DNA of 64,000 nt from Candidatus Howiella sp. Lineage in GTDB: Bacteria; Bacillota; Clostridia; Oscillospirales; Acutalibacteraceae. Made by a program: the position numbers and the translations under genes. Under the pieces are notes generated by a model. The model did not search any database, was not told where the DNA came from, and saw only the letters and a program-made list of their open reading frames with translations. Every line of letters starts with the position of its first letter. Positions within the stretch are counted from its first letter, which is position 1. The stretch is taken from the NCBI GenBank assembly GCA_050946935.1, contig JBMNVR010000006.1:22691-86690 (forward strand), written 5' to 3'. Below, in pieces: positions 36,748-45,389 of the stretch.

Positions 36748-37025
36748 AGTGCATTGGATGATTGAACAACACAGCATCCATGCTCTGTGCTTCGTTCAGC
36801 ACGATTTAGCCCGGCTGAAACATATTTGCAAAAAGCTGAAAACGCGGGTTTAAATATACATAAAATTATTCTTCCTGAGTATCATTATCCTGTTCATAGG
36901 GAAAAGCGATTTTTTTGATCTCATAGCCACGAAAGTTTGTTGTGCGTTTGAACAAAATGTTCAAACGCCTCGCTTATCATAAAACTTTGGGTTCCAAGAC
37001 CTTCCCTATAGCCTAAGCGCCAATT

Positions 37026-37274
37026 TCAAAAAGGCCGCTCCGCCTGCCACTCAAAATCAAATACCCGAATAGAAAAGCCCTCTTCCTCATTCCCCCACAC
37101 AAGGTCGAAGGCGCGCGCTTTCTCACCAAAGCCGTTTTGCCGTACCGCCTCATACGCGCGGGCGCTGCCGAGAAAAACGGTCGCCAGGCCCCCGAGCAAA
37201 ATCAGCGTAATCCAGAAGGCGCGGAAAAACGGCCTCTTCCATTGCTTTTGTGTCCCTGCTTTTGTTTTCGCCAT
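37026..37274 (-). CDS. Small hypothetical membrane protein
   Basis: 82 aa with one TM helix (FFRAFWITLILLGGLATVFLG). Confidence 0.3.
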   Translation of the reverse strand: MAKTKAGTQKQWKRPFFRAFWITLILLGGLATVFLGSARAYEAVRQNGFGEKARAFDLVWGNEEEGFSIRVFDFEWQAERPF

Positions 37275-37347
37275 CCTTTACCTCTCCCTCCGAACCGAGC
37301 ACCCATCTTTTTACAAATTCTCCGCGATTTTATTCGTTATGTAAACC

Positions 37348-38406
37348 TTATTGCAGTCCTTTCAGCACGCGGGAGAGAATGTCTCCAACCAGCTCGGCTG
37401 AATATTCCGCCTCGGCCAGGGTGTTGGCCTCAGTCCCGATCTCGATCAGCATCGAGCCGGAGGTCAGATTCTGATTATAGCAGCGGGGCACCAGCATAAT
37501 CGAGCGGGCCAGCCCGGGATATTTCAGCTCGGCCGCCTGCTGAAACCGCATGGCCAGCCGAAGATTCTGCCGCCAGTTGGGATGATTGGTGATACTGCCG
37601 TCCTCGCACCCCATGACCAGCATGATCTGCGCGGCGTTTTTATCTCCGATTTTCTGCACTGCCTTGACCTTCTCAGCCTCACTCCCGACTGAGTCACGGT
37701 GGAGGTCGAGCACCACCTTGATGGAGGGATATTTTTTCAGATTGGCTGAAACGGTCGCCGCCGACCGATCGTAGCTGCCGGTATAGGACTCGGCGTCGTG
37801 CTGGGTCATGTCGTGCACGACCGAGATGCCGTTGGCCCGCAAAATCTCAGCAACCTTCTCTCCGATGCGGTTCATGTTGACCGCGTCGTCGGTGCTGCGC
37901 GCCGCGTCGGAGGCGCTGTAGTAATCCCGCTCCTCCAGCATATAGCTCTCGGTGGCGTGGGTGTGCATAATCAGCACCTCCGGCTCGGCAGAGAAGGTCA
38001 TCTGAAAGCCGACCGGGCTTTGCAGTTCGGTCTCTATATCGACCGATTTCGAGGTGCTGTTTTTGATATAGATATTGCCGAACGACAGCCCGGCCGTATA
38101 GGGCGAGATGAATTTCGAGGTGATTTTGCCCAGCGCCTCCCCCGGGTCGGCGGCCGCTGCCGCCGTGTCGGAGGAAGTTGCAGCTCCGCCGGTTTCTTCC
38201 TCCGTGTCGGCCACCAGTCCGACCGTATCGTCGGACATACTTTCAGCAGGGGCGGCCGTCCCACCCTTCAGATTGCCCACCATAGCCGACAAGGCCGCAG
38301 CCTCTCCCGCCCGACCGAGCAGGGAGGTATCGGCCGCCTGTCCGGCCAGCAACACACAGAAAACGGCGAGGAAGGCGAGCAGCGCCGCTAAAAACAGCTT
38401 TTTCAT
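37348..38406 (-). CDS. spoIIP: Stage II sporulation protein P (SpoIIP) family
   Basis: Signal/anchor MKKLFLAALLAFLAVFCVLLAG. The VLIMHTHATESY motif and ..VVLDLHRD..EIGTEANT match the SpoIIP family. It is adjacent to gpr, as in Bacillus. Confidence 0.75.
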   Translation of the reverse strand: MKKLFLAALLAFLAVFCVLLAGQAADTSLLGRAGEAAALSAMVGNLKGGTAAPAESMSDDTVGLVADTEEETGGAATSSDTAAAAADPGEALGKITSKFISPYTAGLSFGNIYIKNSTSKSVDIETELQSPVGFQMTFSAEPEVLIMHTHATESYMLEERDYYSASDAARSTDDAVNMNRIGEKVAEILRANGISVVHDMTQHDAESYTGSYDRSAATVSANLKKYPSIKVVLDLHRDSVGSEAEKVKAVQKIGDKNAAQIMLVMGCEDGSITNHPNWRQNLRLAMRFQQAAELKYPGLARSIMLVPRCYNQNLTSGSMLIEIGTEANTLAEAEYSAELVGDILSRVLKGLQ

Positions 38407-38496
38407 CCTGATCGCCCCCCTCTCGCAAATCCTTTTTATCCATGCATATGAGGGTGCGACGCCGGATTATGCCGCAGGACAGGCCCGTGCGGCCCG

Positions 38497-39366
38497 CTAT
38501 TTTGTGATAGCAAGAAGAAAAGCAGGATCAAATGCCGGCTGCAGGGCGCAGTTGATCGCGTGGCCGAGCAGCGCCGCCGCCCGCTGGATGATAAGGTCAA
38601 TCTCCCGCGGGGTGACGATCATCTGCTCACCGCGGGGATTGACCCGCTCGGCGCAGCCCTCCCCGGTCAGGTCGGCAGCCAGCGTCCGGGCGTCCACAAC
38701 GGTCGGAATGCCGACCGCGATGACCGGTAAGCCGAGGGTGGCGGCGCTGATCTCCTTCCGGCGGTTGCCAACCCCCGACCCAGGCGAGATGCCGCTGTCC
38801 GAAATCTGGATGGTGCAGCCCAGCCGCGCCAGCCGGCGGGAGGCCAGCGCGTCGATGGCCAGCACAGCGGCCGGTCGGATCTTTTCGACCACCCCCTCTA
38901 AGATTTCAGAGGTTTCGATGCCGGTGCTGCCCAGCACCCCCGGAGAGAGCACCGCCACGCCCCGCAGATCCTCCAGCCCGGCCGAGCGGGCCAGTTCCCC
39001 TGTGATGTGCCGGGTAGCCAGGACCGCGCCAGCCGCCTTGGGACCCAGCGCGTCGGGCGTGATGGCCGTGTTGCCAAGGCCGGCAACCAGCACGGTTCCC
39101 TCGGCCGGCAGCAATTCGCCAAGCTCCCGTTTCAGGGACTGCACGATCGACTCGTCCATATCACCGTCGTCGGAGAGGGGCGGAATCTCCACTGTGATGT
39201 ACCGCCCCTCCGGCTTGCCGAGGGCGGCCGCTCCGGTCGCGTTTTCCACCGTAATGCGGCTGATGTGGGCGTCCCCCTCGTCGAACTCCTCTGAGCGCAC
39301 CCCCTCAGGTAAATCGGGGGAAAGCTCCCGTTGTTCCAGGGCAAGATCGGTCCGTATCTGCATCAC
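38497..39366 (-). CDS. gpr: Germination protease (GPR endopeptidase)
   Basis: MMQIRTDLALEQRE..VLVAGLGNTAITPDALGP is the characteristic Gpr N-terminus and core. Confidence 0.85.
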   Translation of the reverse strand: MMQIRTDLALEQRELSPDLPEGVRSEEFDEGDAHISRITVENATGAAALGKPEGRYITVEIPPLSDDGDMDESIVQSLKRELGELLPAEGTVLVAGLGNTAITPDALGPKAAGAVLATRHITGELARSAGLEDLRGVAVLSPGVLGSTGIETSEILEGVVEKIRPAAVLAIDALASRRLARLGCTIQISDSGISPGSGVGNRRKEISAATLGLPVIAVGIPTVVDARTLAADLTGEGCAERVNPRGEQMIVTPREIDLIIQRAAALLGHAINCALQPAFDPAFLLAITK

Positions 39367-39516
39367 GCCACTCCCTCTTTTTTAATGTTCAGATTTATCT
39401 TTTGCCGGGACGGCGGTTCTATACAGAAAAATATTGCAAAACGCGAAAAAAAGGCTTGCAATCCACGACAAGGGATGGTATTATATTAGTACTGTCAAAA
39501 TCAAGGAGGTGGAACC

Positions 39517-39783
39517 ATGCCTAACATCAAGTCCGCGAAAAAGCGCGTGATCCTGACCGAGAAGGCCAATCTCCGCAACCGGAGCCTCCGCTCTGCGCTG
39601 AGAACTTCGATCAAGAAGGCCGACACCGCGATCGACGCCAAAGCTTCCGATATGGACGCGAATGTTACCGCCGCCATCAAGAGCATTGACAAGGCTGCTG
39701 CGAAGGGCATTCTGCACAAGAACACGGCCGCCAGAAAGAAGTCTGCTCTGACCGTGAAACTCAACAAGGCCAAGGTTTCCTAA
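39517..39783 (+). CDS. rpsT: 30S ribosomal protein S20
   Basis: MPNIKSAKKRVILTEKANLRNRSLRSALRTSIKK. Confidence 0.9.
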   Translation: MPNIKSAKKRVILTEKANLRNRSLRSALRTSIKKADTAIDAKASDMDANVTAAIKSIDKAAAKGILHKNTAARKKSALTVKLNKAKVS

Positions 39784-39960
39784 GGCTGCGGGAGATTTCC
39801 AGGAAAAATGGAAGCATTTGAATCAGGCTTTTGCGAACAGCCTTCTGTACGCTAAGGCCTGTTTTTTGCACCTGTTTTAGGAAAATGAGAAGCGGCCGGA
39901 GAGGCTTCCTCATGTATACGCCGCATACACCGTGTATGCCGGATTCTTAAAAAAGAAAAT

Positions 39961-40007
39961 GAATTGCCCTGCCTGTGATTTTCCACACAGGCAGGGCAAT
40001 TTTTTAT
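39961..40007 (+). terminator. Rho-independent terminator after rpsT
   Basis: TTGCCCTGCCTGTG-ATTTTCCA-CACAGGCAGGGCAA followed by TTTTTTATT. Confidence 0.6.
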
Positions 40008-40549
40008 TGATTTTATAGACGAAAATCGTTTTATAACTTCTTGTAAGTGTTTATTAAAGCGAGAAAAAAGCCAATATTATCAACGGTTACCTCATTTTCG
40101 CTTGTATCTTCTCATATCGCCGTATAAGTTGGTTTTGTAGAGTTGGGCACCATTTTTGCACCACAAATAGGATAATATACACCAAACGCAGGGCGTTTTA
40201 TCACACCCAAAAAGGCAATTTCAGGACAACTTTTTTACGGCACTATGTTACACACTAGAGGCAAATAATCCTTGCGAAAAAGGACTTTACAGGCACTAAA
40301 ACGGATAGAGCAAGGGTTTGTACCTTGCCCCTCGAAAATGCCATTTAACTGCATAACATTTCAAAGCAAGCTACTATCTGTTTAGCTTATCCTTACCTTT
40401 CTGTTCCTTTGCAAAAAGTTCCGTAGCAAGCATAGGAAGGGGGTACCCTTTCCGTAAAAATCACTCGTTCCCATCTGCGACAATAAAAGGGATTTTTGCT
40501 TGTTGGTCAAATCCCAAACCCTTGCATAAACTGGAATTTGTAAGTTTCG

Positions 40550-41320
40550 TTATTGTTTGTTCATAGATGCGACCATCTCTGATGATTTCACAGTCATTTG
40601 AACCCAAGCGGGTTTAAATCCGCTTCTAATCGCGTTTCTGGCTGATTTTATATTTGACCATGCACAACAATAAAATGGTACCTTTCCGCAGTTAATAATT
40701 TCGATAGCCAATCTACTCGTAAGTGCTGATGCAATTCCTTGTTTGCGATACTTAAGTAACACATCTACGCCAATTTGCCACATAGTATCACAATCAGCAG
40801 AACATGCCGCTAATCCAATCAATCTTCCTTTCTCATACGCACCGACTCCAAGTACATCAAGTTCCTTTCTGTCTTCGCAAAGGGCATTACTCCATTCTGC
40901 CTTGTATAAATCCTTAAAATCCTCTGCAAAAAGAACTTTAGTTTCATACTTACATGGCAATGCTACTAAATCTTCAACATCAGGAAGAAAATATTCCGCC
41001 ATAAAACAAACTCTATAGCCGTCTTTTTGAAATGCATCATTAAGGATATGCATATTAGGTGTTTCAAAACAATGTTCTACTGCATATGTATTGATATAAT
41101 CTGAAACAGTAGCCATATACTTTTCATCTACCGTTGCAACTATATTATTTCCATATGAAGTCAAGTCACAAATATGTGGAAGTTTTAAGTATCTTCGTGC
41201 ATTAACATTTTCTTTCGATACTGTGACAACATTTTGAAACTGTTTAAAATCTTCCACCTTGCAATTTGAGTCTATAGCAGATTGTTCCATAGCAATCTGA
41301 ATAATCATTTCATTTGTCAT
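40550..41320 (-). CDS. GNAT-family N-acetyltransferase, encoded in a low-GC cassette
   Basis: C-terminal RKQGIASALTSRLAIEIINCGKVPFYCCAWSNIKSARNAIRSGF is GNAT motif A/B-like. Local GC is far below the flanking ~60%. Confidence 0.65.
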   Translation of the reverse strand: MTNEMIIQIAMEQSAIDSNCKVEDFKQFQNVVTVSKENVNARRYLKLPHICDLTSYGNNIVATVDEKYMATVSDYINTYAVEHCFETPNMHILNDAFQKDGYRVCFMAEYFLPDVEDLVALPCKYETKVLFAEDFKDLYKAEWSNALCEDRKELDVLGVGAYEKGRLIGLAACSADCDTMWQIGVDVLLKYRKQGIASALTSRLAIEIINCGKVPFYCCAWSNIKSARNAIRSGFKPAWVQMTVKSSEMVASMNKQ

Positions 41321-41717
41321 AATAATTCCTTTTTAATTATATAAATTAACCATTTGTTAATTTATCTGCTTAAATTATAGCATACATATATGAATTTTTC
41401 TATCTTAATCCTGCTCTGTACTAAATAGCAGAGCCAGCCGCCCTCGTCAACTGTCAAGAAGAACGGGCTTCGCCCGCCGTTGACAAGTGTGTCTGCCCCT
41501 GCTTATGTGGCAACCAAGAGAGCGAAAGCAACGAGTGCTTTCGCCCTCGCATAGTATGTTTTCTTATATCTGCCCGTATGGTTTTATATCTCCACAGGAA
41601 ATCAGGGCACCATTTAGGCACCAAAGCGTTATAAAACCTTGTTGCTTCAATCATTTTAAGCAGACGAAAAAGCCGGTATTTTCAAGGCTTTTCACAGTTT
41701 AAAATTTTTCAATAGCA

Positions 41718-41815
41718 GAAATTTAAATACTATTTTTTATTGCTTCGCAATAAAAACGCGATTTCTATGCCCTCCCCCTCGTCCGCTTTCGCGCGGCAAT
41801 CGGGGAAGCCGGCGG
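41718..41815 (-). repeat. Solo partial copy of the terminator-like repeat unit found 5x in tandem at 52345-53020, in inverse orientation, immediately downstream of the glycyl-radical enzyme stop
   Basis: ATTGCTTCGCAATAAAAACGCGATTTCTATGCCCTCCCCCTCG..CGGCAATCGGGGAAGCCGGCGGCAAAAAATA matches the reverse complement of the array unit ATTGCTCCGCAATAAAAAACGGGATTTCAATGCCCTCCCCCTCGCCGCC..GGCGGCAAAAAATA. It contains a hairpin plus T-run in the sense of the upstream gene. Confidence 0.6.
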
Positions 41816-41848
41816 CAAAAAATACAAGAGGCAACGTCGGACAAAACT

Positions 41849-43924
41849 CTATAGCCCCAGTTCCATCCGGCGCATAATATGAGCCTGAAACTCCGGATCC
41901 AACTCGACAAAATAGCCGCTCCACCCCCATACCCGCACGATCAGGTTGCGATAGTTCTCGGGATGGCGTTGCGCATCCTCCAGCGTCTCGCGATTGACCG
42001 TGTTGAGCTGAAGCTGATGTCCGCCCGAGTCGATAAAAAATTTGACCAGCGCGCCAACCTTGGCCACGCTCCCCTCCCCCCGGAAGACCGAATCATGCAG
42101 CTCGATGGTCAACGGCCCGCCGTTCATTGCGCGTCTCAGGTCCTGCCGCGCAAAAGAACGGATGATCGAAACCGGGCCGGGACACTCGCTGAACAGGCTG
42201 GGGGAGAAATTGGCCGCCAGCGGCTCGTCCTTCCGGCGGCCGTCGGGGGTCGCGGGCAAGCCCTCTCCATAATAAATATAATACATCGCCGTGCCTGTTC
42301 CGGCGCGGAAAATGCCGCCCCGGTCGTTGCGCCGTCCCTCCAGCGCATCGGCAAAGGCATCGAGCAGCGTGCCGGCAATCCCGTCGGTGAGATCGTCGCC
42401 CTGTCCCATCTTGGGCGCGCGGTAGCGCAGTTTGTTCAACAGGCGGTCATATCCTTCAAAATTCTTTTTCAACGCGTCGATCAGCTCCGCTTTTCCAACC
42501 GAGCCGTCGCCGAACACATACCGCCGGATGTTTCCCAGTGAGTCGGCCGCCGTCGCCAGGCCGCAGCCGTGAAAACCGTAATTGTTGTACCGTCCCCCGC
42601 GGGAGATGTCACCGTACTCTTCCGCCGGCTGCATCATCAGGGAAACAAAAGGCGCCGGCCGGATGTAGAGGCGCCGCACCTTTTCACACAGCGCATTGAC
42701 CTGCCCGGTGATCCGGCGGACGACCGCGGCGAAAAAGGCGTCGTAATCCGCCGCCCCCTCCAGCTCGGCAAAGACCGCCTCCTCTACCGCGAGGGGGAAA
42801 GAAACCGCGCCGATATTCGGCACATCCATCGCCTTTTCGGGAATGATAAACTCCCAGCAGGCGGCGACAACGTAGTTGTAAGCATCCTCTTTGGCATAGC
42901 CCCAGTCCAACAGCGCGGGGATTACCGCGTCATCGTTGGAATACTGCGGGAATCCGGTGCCGCAGCGGGTCAACTCGGACCCTAAGCTATACACCTCCGC
43001 CGGGGTGTTTTTATGCACCCGAAGATTGATCTTCGGGTCGATCAGATGCAGTTCCAGACTGGCCTTGAGACAAAGCTCACTGAGCAGATTATAGCTGTCT
43101 CTGCCGTCCGGGTGCAGCCCGCCGAGCACCATGCTCTGCCCGTTGTCTCCCTGTTGAACGCCGGGGTACAGGTCGCTGTCCCGGTTGAAAGTGAGGAAAA
43201 ATTCCTCCACCAGCTCGAGTGCTGTGTCGTAGGTATAAAGGCCGGCCGCCATATCCTTTTCAAAATACGGAGCCATGTACTGATCAAACCGGCCGACCGT
43301 ATTGTGCCAGTTGGCCGAAAGCCAGAGGGTATAATGAATAATCCGGAACATCTGCAAAGCTTCGAGAAAGCTTTCCGGAGGATATTCCGGCACCCGGGCA
43401 AGCGTTTTCGCCACCGTGTCGTTGCCGACCCGCTCAGCCTCCGCCCGGTAGCGGCCGGCCAACGCCATAACCTCCTCCAGTATCGCGATTTGAAAACCGA
43501 GATAGTCGGCCTTCTCCGCCCGGCCGTCGGCAAGATATTCTGCCTGCTTCCGGGACAGTCGCTCGCACATGCCGGCAAAGCCAACCGACATCAGAGCCGC
43601 ATAATTCGGGCTGATGTTGCTAACGTCCCCCCGCTCGTGTATATAGTGGGTTTTGCGGATTTCCTCCCACTCCTCCGGCGTGTGTAACTCGGGGATGACC
43701 GGTATTGTGCGGAGAAAGGCAATCCGCTCCTCCGGGAAAACCACCGGCTTTTCCTCCCGCAGCATAAGGCAGAGGCGCCGCGCCGCCCGCTCCTCATCCG
43801 AAAAACCCTGCGCGCAAAATTCCCGCGCGAGGGCGTACGGATCACTGATCGGCGTCCGGCGCAAGGCGCGATGGGATTGCTCCACCACAAAGAAGCGGCG
43901 TAGATTTTCAATTCGTTCGATCAT
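41849..43924 (-). CDS. Glycyl radical enzyme (PFL-like family, eliminase-type C-x-E active-site loop), 691 aa
   Basis: C-terminal glycyl radical motif LIVRVWGWSGYFVEL. Putative thiyl loop VVAACWEFIIPE (Cys-x-Glu, as in GRE dehydratases/lyases). The start overlaps the activase stop (ATGA). Confidence 0.85.
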   Translation of the reverse strand: MIERIENLRRFFVVEQSHRALRRTPISDPYALAREFCAQGFSDEERAARRLCLMLREEKPVVFPEERIAFLRTIPVIPELHTPEEWEEIRKTHYIHERGDVSNISPNYAALMSVGFAGMCERLSRKQAEYLADGRAEKADYLGFQIAILEEVMALAGRYRAEAERVGNDTVAKTLARVPEYPPESFLEALQMFRIIHYTLWLSANWHNTVGRFDQYMAPYFEKDMAAGLYTYDTALELVEEFFLTFNRDSDLYPGVQQGDNGQSMVLGGLHPDGRDSYNLLSELCLKASLELHLIDPKINLRVHKNTPAEVYSLGSELTRCGTGFPQYSNDDAVIPALLDWGYAKEDAYNYVVAACWEFIIPEKAMDVPNIGAVSFPLAVEEAVFAELEGAADYDAFFAAVVRRITGQVNALCEKVRRLYIRPAPFVSLMMQPAEEYGDISRGGRYNNYGFHGCGLATAADSLGNIRRYVFGDGSVGKAELIDALKKNFEGYDRLLNKLRYRAPKMGQGDDLTDGIAGTLLDAFADALEGRRNDRGGIFRAGTGTAMYYIYYGEGLPATPDGRRKDEPLAANFSPSLFSECPGPVSIIRSFARQDLRRAMNGGPLTIELHDSVFRGEGSVAKVGALVKFFIDSGGHQLQLNTVNRETLEDAQRHPENYRNLIVRVWGWSGYFVELDPEFQAHIMRRMELGL

Positions 43925-44775
43925 AAAACCACGCTCCTGATTGCGTATTTTGAAAAGGCGGCAAACGCCGTCCTCGGCGTCCGGGCGGTATCGAACCCCG
44001 GCGCGTATTTCCGTCCAAGCATCGGATATTTCGCCGCTGCCGCCCGATTATAGGGCAACAGCTCAACCCGGTCGAGATGTCCCATTCCTCCCTCCGCCAA
44101 AAAGGCGGCCGTATGTTCCATATTCTCCTCCGTATCGTTGACACCGGGAATCAGCGGAATACGGATGCAGTAAGGCAGTCCGCTGCGCTTCAACAACCGG
44201 ATGTTGTCGAGAATCCCCTTGTTTGTCCGGCCGGTATAGCGCTCATGCACCGCGCTGTCGAAGATTTTCAGATCGGCGAAAATATATTCAACACGGGAGA
44301 GCAGAGCCTCAAACACCTCCGGTGCCGCGCAGCAGGAGGTTTCGACCGCCCGATGGATCCCGGAAAGGCGGTCGAGCGTCTCAAACAAAAAGGCGGGCTG
44401 CATCAGCGGCTCCCCGCCCGAGAAGGTCACCCCCCCGCCCGACGCGGTATAAAAGCCGGCGTTTTTCCGCAGCCGGCCGGCCAGCTCGGCCGAGGTCAGC
44501 CGCTCTCCCACGATTTTGCGCAGACCATTCGGACAGACCTCGGTACACACGCCGCAGGCCGTGCAGCCCTCCGGACTCGGGCAGACCGCCCGGCAGCGGC
44601 CGCACCCGGTGCAGGAGGCAGTGCGCACCATCAGCTCCGGCTGTGTACGCTGTCCCTCGGGGTTGTGGCACCAGGTACAGCGCAACGGACATCCCTTCAA
44701 AAAAGCGGTCGCCCGAACACCCGGCCCGTCATGCACCGTAAATTCCGATATATTGATCAGTGTACCGGTTTCCAC
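43921..44775 (-). CDS. Glycyl-radical enzyme activating protein (radical SAM, with auxiliary ferredoxin-like cluster domain)
   Basis: CPLRCTWCHNPEG is a CxxxCxxC radical-SAM motif. Extra Cys clusters: CTGCGRCRAVCPSPEGCTACGVCTEVCP. GTG start at 44775 with RBS GGGAGAG. Confidence 0.85.
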   Translation of the reverse strand: METGTLINISEFTVHDGPGVRATAFLKGCPLRCTWCHNPEGQRTQPELMVRTASCTGCGRCRAVCPSPEGCTACGVCTEVCPNGLRKIVGERLTSAELAGRLRKNAGFYTASGGGVTFSGGEPLMQPAFLFETLDRLSGIHRAVETSCCAAPEVFEALLSRVEYIFADLKIFDSAVHERYTGRTNKGILDNIRLLKRSGLPYCIRIPLIPGVNDTEENMEHTAAFLAEGGMGHLDRVELLPYNRAAAAKYPMLGRKYAPGFDTARTPRTAFAAFSKYAIRSVVL

Positions 44776-44805
44776 TGGGCATCTCTCCCTTTTGTTGAGG
44801 CTACA

Positions 44806-44860
44806 TTATCGTTAACCTTAACGTTAATGTAATGATACTATATTTTGATAAATTTGTCAA
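44806..44860 (-). promoter_or_regulatory. Near-consensus sigma-A promoter (TTGACA-17-TATCAT) with overlapping 24-bp double-palindrome operator ATTAACGTTAAGGTTAACGATAAT, upstream of the activase/GRE operon
   Basis: Minus-strand reading: TTGACAaatttatcaaaatatagTATCATtacATTAACGTTAAGGTTAACGATAATgtagcc. An almost identical arrangement occurs at 61879-61934. Confidence 0.55.
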
Positions 44861-45311
44861 GAGGGAGGCGAAAAAAACACAGTGGACGATCTGGCAGACC
44901 TCCCGAAAGAGGGAGGATTTATATATGTTGCAGAATGTGGGCACGGCAGTTTCAGAAAAAACAGGAAGTGAATGATCTGCCGTCCACATTATTTTCCCGA
45001 CGGTACGGTACAGAATAAAACGGACGGGGAAGCACATTCCCATCATAAGGGATGTACATCACGCCGCAGAGAGCGGAGCGAAAGGAAATCGGAAAGCCGA
45101 GAGTCTAAGAGAGGGATGTCCCCCCCTGGTCGTTCCGGAGGGAATTATTAAGAGGAGCCCAGAGCCTTGCGTTAAGTAAGAAGTTTGAAGGTTTATGTTC
45201 AAACACCAAGGCTTTGTATTTCCTATAGTCCAAGGGCAAAAAATTAATCTTTATCCGGGTTTATTTTTGTTGTAACTTGAACACGCTGAATCCAAGTCAA
45301 CTTACAGCAAA

Positions 45312-45355
45312 GTATAAGCCTTTCCGCGGCATCAGCAGAAAGGCTTATACTTGAC
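45312..45355. repeat. Palindromic hairpin carrying the AGTATAAGCCTTTC(C/T)GC motif, just downstream of the GH38 gene
   Basis: AAGTATAAGCCTTTCCGCGGCATCAGCAGAAAGGCTTATACTT. The same motif occurs in direct copies at 35951 and 36054. Confidence 0.45.
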
Positions 45356-45389
45356 TACGAGTTTATTTCGGCTCCGCATATTTACCCCG

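Noticed and set aside
38108-39385. 425-aa + strand ORF (and 37798..38391)
   Set aside because: Antisense to spoIIP and gpr. Ser/Ala/Pro-rich, low-complexity translation.
41730-41930. 66-aa ORF on the - strand downstream of the GRE
   Set aside because: It overlaps the solo copy of the terminator-like repeat. Its peptide (..EGEGIEIAFLLRSNKK) is the same repeat-derived translation seen in the array.
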